Made by a program: the position numbers and the translations under genes
Shown here: in pieces, positions 15,808 to 32,308 of the stretch
Position numbering within the stretch: the stretch's first letter is position 1
Layout: each line of letters begins with the position of its first letter
The notes under the pieces: generated by a model
Database searches by the model: none
Told to the model about the DNA's origin: nothing
What the model saw: only the letters and a program-made list of their open reading frames with translations
Origin: Trichoplax sp. H2
Lineage: Eukaryota
Direction of reading: 5' to 3'
Length of the DNA stretch: 64,000 nt
NCBI GenBank assembly: GCA_003344405.1
Contig: NOWV01000103.1
Location: forward strand, 62,001 to 126,000

Positions 15808-17200
15808 TTGGGATCAATAAGCGAAAAGATCCTAGTCAGTCATTTGAAAGCCAACTTGGATGTTTTATAATTTCACTGATAATTCGGTATAGTAATCAAT
15901 TAGAAGCTTTTCTCACTGAGCCAATCGATGATTCATTTACTAGCAACCCTGCGGTGAAAAAGAAGATATGAATAAACAAAAATAGGACGATATGTTGATG
16001 TTCATGTGGTCGCTATTTGAAAAACATCAATCAATATACTAAATAAGTTGGCAATCATTTCTAATTGATATATCGTTTTATCATCGATAGCATAATCAAG
16101 TTGGATGAATAGTCATATTAGCGTGAATGAAGAACAATCCGATTGAATACGTGGTCAAAATCAACTGCAAAATAATGGTTGAAAATATCCTGTATTGAGT
16201 AGAGTACAACACCATCAAAGATGTCGTACATGAATAAAATACATGTATTTCATTAAAAAAGTCGTGTTAAAACCAATAGAAGAATCTATCTTGAATCTGA
16301 CTACAACAGCATGAGAAATATCAAGAAGTAGAATGATATAGTAGAAGTGTAGAACTATCAGAGTTCTTCTTCAAAATGGACAGCTAAAAAAAATGATAAA
16401 AAACGTTCCCCTTCACGTTAAGTTCAACTGCATGGGTGATGTCAAGCAGGAATCTCAAATTAAACAAATAATTGTCTATCATTTGATAGTGTCCAATCCA
16501 AATAGGAAATTGTATTTGAATACAACTGTGACAAGGGCTAAAATGTAGAAAGACGACAACCTATTGGATAGTATTTTCAGGCAGTAGAATTAGCAGTAAT
16601 TAGCGAATAGAAAAAAAATTTCAACACTACCTACGATAACAAGTTTTGTAGTACACTATTACAGTTACTATAGGCAACTGAATGACGATTGTTGCCATCT
16701 CTCGCTCGATGATTTCATTCTATCAAGTCAAATGGATTTAGGATAAAAACTAATAGAGTCGTAATCAACTGTCATTGTGGCAATGGAAAAAGTCATAAGA
16801 TAATTGGCTAATTACCCTAGGCAATTTCACCATTATTTGACAATCTTGTAATTCTGATGGATAAAGCAGAACGATATACCTCTACCATTTGTCATCGTCA
16901 TGGCAATGGTGTGAAGAAGATGTTCAAAAATGTCCGTGCAAAACAATCTTTCTACGGTGCGTCTTTACTCTATCATGTCATGATGAATGCTTTGATCAAG
17001 AACAGTGTCATTCAACGTAGAGTATAGTCGATCTTTTTCATGCAGTAGTCGATTAAAATTATAAATTTATAGCAGAGCTATCCATGATTACCTCACTGGT
17101 GGCATGGAATGTTGAACAACTTTGCAATCGAGTTGGACATTGAGTGGAAAGATTTTCCTCTTTGACTATGCAATTTTTTTATACTGGATACTATGAACAT
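15808..17200 (-). other. Probable non-coding 5' UTR exons of the coiled-coil gene (~17091-17200 and 15808-15948)
   Basis: Donors GAG|gtaatc near 17090 and AAG|gtaag near 15807, an acceptor cag near 15949, and an acceptor ttag 2 nt before the ATG at 14214. The middle exon is stop-rich. Confidence 0.45.
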
Positions 17201-17257
17201 TTCCAACGACGACGCAACAGGCGTCAGTCACAGCGGATGACACTCGGCATTAACAGG

Positions 17258-18320
17258 AGTACTACGCATACAGTACTGTCGACAGTAGTACTAACTACGG
17301 CAATTGGATTGTAGCGCAATTGCAACCAGTCAATGAAAGTCACAGACTACCAGCGAGTGTCATAGTGTAAACAGGTGAAGCTGCATTGACTACAGTACAC
17401 TAAAACAGCTCAACCGTACTGTACGTCAGTAAATCAACAGTCAACTCAATACAAGTCAAACACCATCAAAGAACCGTGTACTGTACCCTCAGGGACTAGA
17501 GTCCCTTCAATGGAATGAAAGCACAGCCCCAACCCGATCCAATGGTTGATTTTCGAGCCTAAAATGAGTCTAATCGCTGCGATTCCAACACTGTATGACT
17601 ACAACAATTTCTTAACCCTAATCCCGAATCGGGGGGTTCAAGTCCAGTTTCAGCTTGACTTTTAAGGACACTGCTAGGGGATTGCTAAAAATAAAGAGGA
17701 AAGAGAGGCGACACAGGAGCGCCCATCTCACGACACAAAAATGTCAAGCCTTCTAACGTGGATCAATCTTGTACAGAGAGAGAGAGAGAGACAGTTGTAG
17801 TACCGTACGGCAGTGCTCCATACAATGCTATAGCTACATTCGACATGAATCACTTTCTTTTTAAAAGGCACCTTTTATAATATTTTTAGTGCGGTAAAAT
17901 CCATGGTAGAGTTATAGTTCTGGACAAAACATCCACTACTGCACGCTGTACGTTGTTATAGTACTGTGGAAGTACAGTAATAATAAAACACTAAAACCAA
18001 CCATACGGAATGCGTGATCACCAAAAAGTTCTAGCATAACAACGAGTATTGATTTTTCAGTCAATTTTGTACAGTATTGTACTATTAAGCGTACTGCGAT
18101 CATTTTTGACCCAGTTCTACCAACCATCATAAAGGGTAGTCTTACACAGTATTGATAATAATATGACGAATTTTCTCTATCGCTGACTTGCTGTATGAAA
18201 AACATAAAATACAGTACTGTAAATCAAGTGCGAAAAATTTCAACTGTTGTTTAAGATAGTCTCCTTCACTCATGTTTTGTATTTTACACTGATCGTATAC
18301 TAACGTACTGTACAGTACAT
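17258..18320. promoter_or_regulatory. TACAG/CTGTA-enriched putative promoter region of the coiled-coil gene
   Basis: Many dispersed tacagt/actgta motifs upstream of the inferred first exon, plus an (AG)n tract at ~17775-17791. Confidence 0.4.
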
Positions 18321-18894
18321 CTACTACTATTCTGGTCAGCTACGAATTGAGCGAAACACATATCTAGCGCAAAACTCGTAAATACAGCGTGTTGCAATTG
18401 CATTTCAAATTTCAAAACAGCGAGACGCTCGCTTCATAACCCTGCATTTAATATATCTCGTTGATATTCAAATACCAATTATTACCGCACCGTTGAACAT
18501 TAAATAGCTCTTTCACTAATTATACCATATTTATATTGCGCAACATTGGCACTACCTACTACTAAATCCCAAGTTAAAAGGACCTCCAGTATCCACTTAG
18601 CGCGTTAATGAATGAAGATAGTATATTCTCACACGGATAAATATAGATTATATTTGAATCACTTATACTTAAAGAAATAAATACAATCAATCACTATTTA
18701 CGACCATTTTGGAATATATTTTATTTATTTGCAAGCATTACAAGATTCATTTTGAAACTCATACATTTTGCATATAGTGTACAGTATTGTACCTAATTCT
18801 CATATAAGGATTACTGACAGCAGTGAAATATCTATCATGTGTCATCTATTTCAAAGTAAGTAAAAAATTAATTACGTAGCCTCAGTACTTTAGG

Positions 18895-23716
<4,822 letters not shown>

Positions 23717-23777
23717 GGTGACAGATTTTCAGCAGATCTACTTTCGGACAAAATCCTCGCCTTCGTTGGAATGGTTG

Positions 23778-23863
23778 CCTGATGAAAGAGGAAGAACGAG
23801 ATCGTCGCAGCCAAATTTGTACAGAAATAGCAGCCAATCATGGGATGGCGCTCTTTGACGTCA
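23778..23863 (-). promoter_or_regulatory. EEF2 core promoter: pyrimidine tract (TCT/5'TOP-like), CCAAT box and CRE palindrome
   Basis: Minus strand CTCGTTCTTCCTCTTTC lies ~70-85 nt upstream of the ATG. CAGCCAATCA is at 23831-23840 and TGACGTCA at 23856-23863. eEF2 mRNAs are known TOP mRNAs. Confidence 0.6.
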
Positions 23864-23978
23864 TATCTCATTTTCAATTATATCCAACCCCTTGTGGTAT
23901 CACACTAAGCGCAGTGTGCATGCCAAAAGGCATTCTTTAAAAGCAGTTCACAGTCCTTACAGAAAGTCACGCAGGCTG

Positions 23979-24238
23979 TGTACTGTACAGTACAGTACAG
24001 TACAGTACAGTACATTGTATGCCCAGTACAGTATGTACTGTACTTTACTACAGTATACAGTACTGTACTGTACAGTACATGCTCCATATTTTACACGCTT
24101 TTACGGAATGAACGAATTACGCAGGCGCATTCCGCGAAAAGCTGAAGTGCGCATCCGCGTTCCGTTCCATTCCGTAGTTTACTCCGTACCTAGTACAGTA
24201 CTTTGACTTGACTGTACACTATCTACCACTGTACTGTA
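23979..24238. repeat. (TACAG)n / CTGTA low-complexity array upstream of EEF2
   Basis: Tandem tacagtacagtacagtacagtacag at ~23986-24013 plus many further copies in both orientations. Confidence 0.85.
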
Positions 24239-27200
24239 GAATGATTGAATTGTTGAAAAGCTGTTTAGCCTGAAACCCATAGCGTTGCTATAAATGATAT
24301 CTTTCAATTTTTAAGAAATGTACTTTAAATTGGACTCAAATTGCACGCAGATACATCGGTAAAACCTTTAGCAATTGGCTCTTGATATTTTGATCACTTT
24401 TCATTGCAGTATTGAATAATTTTGTTTCTTTGAAATTTCGAATACAAACTATCAGTCACTGCTGCATGTACGGTCGGTCGAACCATTTTACACTATACAG
24501 TACACTAGTCAGTTAAAATGGCCAGCAAAATAGCAGCCATCCCAATTCTACAGGATAATGTAGTGCTATACTGTATGTAATGTACCTATTGGGTAATGAG
24601 CTAGCCGAGGAATAAAGACGTTAGAGTACATAATAAAGAGTGAACTAATTATAAGTATTAGAGAAATAGTCTTACTTTATTTGAAGGAGTACTGGCCATC
24701 ATAAGAACAGTGCAAGCTGGTTAATTACAGATAGATAACCTTAGCTTCAAGAGGTACCCCGATGTACAGTATATTTACAATATTTATTAATGGGTTTTTT
24801 ATTGACGATTGTACCTCGCGGCACGTAACCCTTACAGAGAAGAAGAATAGCTAAATATCTGTCTTCCCTTACACGCGATTCTTGCCTTAAATAATGGCCT
24901 GCTTGTCGCTACCGATCTACTTAGGCCTAACATAGGCCGTATACCTTTAGTCTTAACTTATTATACTGACAACTCAACCAGTACTGTGATAGGTAGAAAC
25001 AGCGCCTACAATAATATACAGTTATCTCACATCGCAATGCCGTATTACGTATATCGCTAGTAATAGAAGATCTATAACTATATCTAAACTACCGTCAGTA
25101 CCGTATCCTACATTCGTTTATTTAGTTATTTATTTATTTACAGAAAGAAAGGGCTTGAGCTACAGTATAATGGCAGTCACTGACTAATTCAAAAGGCATA
25201 CAGTAGGTACAAAGCAATACTTGACACTGCTCTTAACCTTAATACCCGTTGATCACTAGGAGCAAAAAAAGTAAAAATCACTTTAATGATAGCAATCTGG
25301 TACTAAATTCATGCGCTAATGACCAGTGTATCATAATGTTAATAATACTGTGCACATTTATAATCGGGAGGTTTAAAATTTTTCCCGATCGAAACAATTA
25401 AACCGTCAGCAATACGGTAGCTATGAATGCTAGCATTGATAATTGTTGTGTGTAGCGCAAATTATGTAATCGAAGACAGATACAGTCAGTAGATAGGACA
25501 AGATCCTTGAAAAAAATAAAATATAACAAAATATTGTTTATGAGCACTCAAGAAGGAGATGCTAATTCAAAGCTCAATTACGTCCATACTATACCAGTCC
25601 TGTGCTAATATATCACGCAAAGTAACTACGTCACTATTACTATTAAAACAAATTAAAATGTTAGTTAAACAAATTTATAGGTTTATTATAATTATTAGCT
25701 AATGCTAAAAAAAGATAAAAACTAAAATAGTATTAAAAGCGAAAGATTTAACATCATAGATGTACAGAAAGTATATAATATCATAGCCAATATGTCATAA
25801 ATATACGAGTATGTTACGGCCATCCTTAAGATCGATTTTGTCCTAATGAGACTAAACAACCAAAAATTTATGAAGCGCACAGTGGTATTAAATAGCCTCA
25901 TATTGTATTTGTATGATTACTAACATATAGTATAATAACCATCGTATGAGTGGTAAAAGTATTTCTGTTCAGTTATGTTAGCAACAATAACAACTTGGAC
26001 ATGATCTAGTTAATACCGTATATTTTTTATTACTTTAGCATTAATTAGAAATTGAACTCAAATTTAAAATTACCAGATAAACGTACTGTATATGCTGGTA
26101 GAAAACGAACTAAGTGTCCCATCGTCAGCTTCTCTTATCCTAGAATATAACATCGTCAAATCAAAAATTTAAAAAATTTCTGCAAAATCCCTGAAATGTA
26201 ACACTTTTAATTTTAACAATTACAATACTGCCTTCGCTTATTTACATATACGAGCACGTGCATATCCTCTCTCTCTCTTTCTCCTCACTGTCTCTATCGT
26301 CATATGGCTACTCACCTATATTGCACTAATGCCAATCTTTACCTTCTATTATTAATAAATTCCGTCTGTTTCAATCCTACGCCTAAAAAATACAGTCACT
26401 GTGACATATTAAAATCATTTCAATAAGTGAAATACCCGCTTGATTATTTACTGATTTTAAGCCAAGATAAAGATTAGTCCTTTTTCTCGCTATCAAGTAA
26501 TAACTTCGAGTACAGTAACTCATTCACAATCTATACTGATAACGTAAATAATTGAAATTTTATGCACAACCCTTCAATTTATTGTACAGATGGATGTAAT
26601 GTACCGTATTGCGGGTGCAACGATTATGGTGGAGTCAATAAAGAGAAAGAGAGCAGATAAACTCTATTGATAGGAGTCGCTTTTATACGCATATACTGTA
26701 TACAAAGAAGCAAATGCAGTCAATCAATTCAACCTTGGCATATTTCCTTGCAAGTTCAGCGAATTTCGTTTCGAAATTTATGCAATTCCCATGTAGTTGT
26801 TAACAGTGTTATATCTCTGGCTAGTACTGTAGAACCCTTGCGAATAGTAATACAGTGACGGACACAAGCTTAAGAGATTAATTAATTAAGAACTGCTTTA
26901 TTACGTTAGCTTAGCCTATTTATTGACTCTCATATATGCATCGCCTTCGCATTTCTTACGCTACTCATCGCTATTATCATATCACCTTATGTCTGCGTAT
27001 GAAAGATACGCTAATACGAGCTACAATGTCGTACTATACATAGCACGAAGTATAGCTTAGGGCCCCTAGCGTTGTGTACCACTATTTTTCAATTTTTTAT
27101 TTATTGAAAAACTACGGCTTTCATATATGCATCGTTTACCATTCTAACCATATGTAGGATTGCACAACTGCAGATAAATTACTACACTACGCATATTAAT

Positions 27201-27466
27201 AACCATACTTCTAACAAAGAATCGAATTACGAAATGTAAATGAGCACGAGTAATCAAATCCATACTTATACAATAGAAACTAGGCACAAGCATAGATTGA
27301 AGAATAACATATGTATCACACCATAAATTATCAATGACCATAAATGTACTACAACATGTAAAAATTGCAAGTTAGTAAAATGCCATATCGAACTGATATC
27401 GAGCAATCGCAGGATCACTTAAAGTAAATAAAATTAATGAATTGCTAGTAACTTAAGTACTTTAAG

Positions 27467-30400
27467 TTATAGTTTGTCCAAATACATATCCAAAGCGGGT
27501 ACACCTTCAGTTAATCCCTTACTCTTTCTTGTTGAAGCTACAATTACGCCAGATTTGGATGTTGCATCCAATGGATCATCAGGCATTATCTGCCAATGAT
27601 CGAATACGCACTGTAGAAAAGCCTTGCCTTGAGTTGCTGATGAAAGATCGGCCTTAAAACCTGAATAAAACATCACGCTACTATTTAGTAAAATATTTTA
27701 AATAAACTTGCCAATTTTATACACTACGCAGTTACTTTATCTTCATCATATCATTGTTATCATCTCACCAAATGATTCATTGACAGGTAGGTAAGCCTTG
27801 ACTACAACCATCGGAGTATTAGAAATTATATTTTCTTCCAATATTTTACCACGACGCTTATTTAAAGTTAAACTGACTCCACCAGTAGCATCTTGCGGAC
27901 ACTACATGATAGTACAAATAAACGATTCATTACGAGGCATCCCAATTAGCATATACGTTTCAGTAAGATTGAAATTATACCTGAATCTCTATCAAGTAGA
28001 CAGGCTCCATAATACGAGGTTTAGCAGTTAATACACAAGCATGTAAACAACGTCGAGTCGTTGGAATAATCTCACCACCAACACGGTGAGCAGCATCAGC
28101 ATGCAATGTAACATCATTGATGTTAAAACGTACAGCACGAACATTTTCTCCACACAAAACGCCCTTCGAGAAATTTTGTGATTATCATTGATATTAGGAA
28201 TTGATTATTGGTCATATTACAACAGCAGAACTACAAAGTATGCGTATACCGTTTTCGTAGCCAATTGGAAACCAGCAACAACACTATCTTTAATTTCATT
28301 TAAGTATTGTACACCTTTTGACGTATCAATAAGAAAATTGGCTCCTTTAGCTTCAGGACCAAAACACCAAATCTTACGTGCTTCTCCGGCATCGTATTTG
28401 TACGTATCGGCTAGATATCTAAAGATACATAATCTATGTCAACATTTTTCAACCATAGTTATATAGCAGAGAGTCATATATCATAATAACTACCTAGCCC
28501 TAACTTTGAAGTCTTGTTCTGGAGTAACTTTACGCTATAAAAATAGAATAAGTAATACATACATCACTCAAGATAAATGTAGAGAATTGAATTTACGTCT
28601 CGTATCCGCGTCTATACGATTACATATTAAAAAAATTAGCGAAAACAACCACCATAGATTAATATAACTGCTAAATTACATTCTCAACATCCTCAGCCAA
28701 TCCTTCAGGGAAAGGTTGCGCTGTCATAAAGAGACGATTGTGTTTGTTGGGAGATTTAGATAAACACGTCTGACTTGATTTGCTGCTAACTGTTTCCTTA
28801 TACGATACTGTTATAGCAGATTTCTATAAAGGCATAAATTACACCAGCTTTGGCAATGCAGTCGTAATCAATCATAAAAATTAAATGGTAATTTTATACC
28901 TTGATCGGAATGCCAGCATAGTCCTTCTCCAGCTCTTTCAAGCTAGTATCTAAATGCGATTCTCCACTACCAGTGACAACATGAGCGCCGTTTTCTTCAA
29001 TAATGCACTAAAAAAGTAACCAGAATAAAATCACGATCATAGTATCATGATACAGAATATATTATTTTAACCAGAGTAACTTATAATGGTGCCCTACAGG
29101 ATAAAAATAGAAACTACCTGAATCGTAGGATCGGATTTTGCAAGAAGTTTAAGTCCTTCTACAAGTTTTGGCAAATTAGAGGGGTCCTTTGGTTCGACAC
29201 CGATCCGTACAACAGCCGACTTAGAAAACTTTATCATCTACGATCATAATCATATTTAAATTTATTTATGTGATATTCTTTTATCCAATTATGCAATATT
29301 AATCTAAATCAGTTAACCTTCAGATTATGAGCTTTATCGTACGTAGTGATCGTTCCAGTTCCCATTAAAAACTGATCAACTCCAACAAGACCAGCAATGT
29401 TACCACATGGTACATTCTTAATTGATGCAATACAACGACCCATCACCAAAACAGTTCTAAATATATCGAAAACGTTGACTAGTCAATATTACTTGAGTAA
29501 AATAAATTCTCATGATTTCTACATGATTATATTCAATATTACTTTTGAATTTCTATTTGATGTAAATCATCTTTTTTTCCAGGTACAAAATTAGGACCCA
29601 TGATTAGAACCTTTTGTCCAGTACCGACTGTGCCTGAAAAGACTCGACCAAAGGCATAGAACTGTTTTCCATCGCTTTTAGGTACCAACTTTGAAATATA
29701 CATACATAAATGTCCCTGTAAATGAACGTAATCCAATTTTATTAGTTGGTAAACATACCGGTATGCCATCAAGTTACTATTGTATCTAACCTTTGGATTG
29801 CAATTTTTTATATCAAGAGCAATAGGATCATCATGAGGACCTGTATATAATATTTCCATGCGGTATTTTTGTGCAGTAACAGGTGAAGGCACATGAATAC
29901 TTGCCATCTTTAACAAAGTGTCCCCAGCAGGCAGCCATTTCTTCATGATTATATCCAATAATGCTTTTCCTTCCTTTTTCTAGTTTTATTAAAAAACGTA
30001 AAAATATATTGTACCCCGAAAACTATACTTTACGATGCGACACTATATGTAGGCCTACTTTTTCTTCAGATGACAACTTAATTTGAAGCTTTTTCAGCAA
30101 CTTTTCATATACATTTTTTTGAGATTTCATTACATTCTTGAAAATCTAAAACCCCAATTTGAGAAGATCTGATATATAAAATGCAGTAACAGTTACAATT
30201 AACTTATATAATCATATACCATTTGGATAGGATCAAGTGCAAATTGGTTAAATCCTCTAACATAACCACTGCCGCCGGTTTTATTCCATTTACGCTCCTT
30301 TGGACTATAATATTGATCACCCCATAATCGAACCATAAGTTTCTGAGGCTCAATCTTAAATTTAGCAGCGTATATTTCAGCAAATTCTTTCAAGCTGAAA

Positions 30401-32308
30401 GCCCAACCTTGTGAGCTAGAGCCAAAGGCAATAGTGCCTTTTGTTGCATCAACCTTTATAAGATACAAAAATAAATTCTACAGATGATCAAGTCAACAAA
30501 TAACCAAGAAAATTACCACTAACCTGAATATTTCCCATCGGTCCATCATCATCATTATAAGTAGCGATAATTACATTTGTGCTCTCAACAATACGGCAAA
30601 ACGTCTGATACAAATTTTCATTATCTAACTCTAATTTCAATAAAGCTTCGTCCATGTTATCCATAAACAAGAGAGGCTTTACACGCTGACTGATAGCTTG
30701 ACGTAAAACAGTTTCAGTTTGTACACTTACACCTGAATTAAAATAGGTAGCCTTGAGTCATTAATCGATTTTTCCACGACATTTCAACAAAATTAATCCT
30801 CATTATCATAATTAAAATAATTTCAACTTTTCAAATCCGCTAAAGAAGAGTATTTTAATTTAAATTCATCATCGCATTATAATAACGTATTAAAAATCAA
30901 TAAACTAACCCTTAATGCAGTCGATAACTACCAAAGCACTATCTGTAGCACGAAGCGCTGCTTCAATTCCCGATGAATAGTCAAGATTTGTAGGCATATC
31001 AATCAAATTGAAAAGAAAATTATTTCCATCATTTTCTTGACCGGAAAGATATGCCATATCTGGGTCAGATAATGTATAATGAAGTGATTTAGCCCTATTT
31101 ATCGGATAACAAAAATTTAGAATCTAAATAGTTTGCACGATTTTAGAAGTATCTGTCTAAGCTTAGTGTAATAAAGTAGGATTACAACAGAACCATACTA
31201 ATAACTCGATCGGATAGTTAAAATTCACAAATTGAATCTAGGTCTATCCAAATTATCCGGTACCACACGGTGTAAAAACTGTATATTGTAATAAACGAAT
31301 TTTATTAAATCTCTCCATTAAGATTATCCGTCGTTTTTTAAGGATAATACAATACTACTTACGAATTGTGCTGAATAATACGCGCATATAGGAATGCATC
31401 ATTGCAGTCTAAGCCACGTATGTTAAAACAGGATAGTAAAATTTTTACAATTAATTAAATAAACTTTAAAGTAATTTCAGACAACGGTAGGTGTGGCACT
31501 GCAGTACGCAGTAAAATTCGTTCTGTTACTGTCGAATCACACTGAACTATACTTATCGTACATAAATGTTAATCAATAAAACTAGAACAGGCAATATTAT
31601 AGAATATTTTTTAAGAGCACAATCATATTCAGAGGAAAATTCGCAGAATTTAGGATATATGTAGTACTGTATAAATGGTGCACTAGCAGAATAGTAACAA
31701 AATTCTGACGGATTGCAAACCCTACTTACATCGCCTTTTTAGGGCTTTCTTGGTTATCTTTAGTATCAACACCAACACTAGCCTTGCTCATAAGCAAATC
31801 TACTACAGACGACTTTCCCTCTTCGGTCTTTGCTATAACCGACATATTTCGAATGTTGTGCTTTTTGTCCATCACCGAACGCACCTAATATGATTTAAAA
31901 ATCTAGTTAACTTTACATTGAACTACGAAAAAAAAATTTCAATTCATTCAATCACGGTCAGAATTAATAGCAAGAAATACAGTTTTATCTACCTGATCGA
32001 GTGTATAGTTCCCCTATGATGTTTTTAAACCATGAATAAAAAGAATGAAGATTAAATTGTTAGATACAGATAAAAAACAGGTAGTAATTAATTTTACCTT
32101 AATCGGAAATTTTTTTATCCTATTAAAATTTGACTACAGTACATCGGACTACGCCCAGATACTCATATATCGAAAAAGTCTACGGACATGGATATACTAA
32201 TTAACGTTTTAAAAAAGTCTTAAAAATTCCAATTTTACTAAAATAATTTATATTTGATTAACAATTTTAATCTTCTACACCATAATGGAAAGGTTGGTGA
32301 CTAACCAT
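27467..32308 (-). CDS. Divergent tandem eEF2 paralog: intact 18-exon ORF with degenerate GTPase motifs (candidate pseudo-GTPase)
   Basis: Same intron positions and phases as EEF2. Reads [66 protein letters not shown]...[23 protein letters not shown]...[11 protein letters not shown]...GSSSQGW...[12 protein letters not shown]...[15 protein letters not shown]...LDMYLDKL*. I translated all exons and found no stop or frameshift. Confidence 0.92.

Noticed and set aside
23892-24206. ORFs rich in YSTVQ/CTVLY (also 43473-43817 and 61551-62213)
   Set aside because: These are translations of the TACAG repeat arrays, not credible proteins.
27467-32308. Calling the eEF2 copy a pseudogene, EFL1/Ria1 or Snu114
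   Set aside because: There are no stops or frameshifts across 18 exons and the splice sites are intact. It shares intron positions and intron sequence with the adjacent EEF2 and lacks the Snu114 acidic N-terminus and EFL1 insertions.
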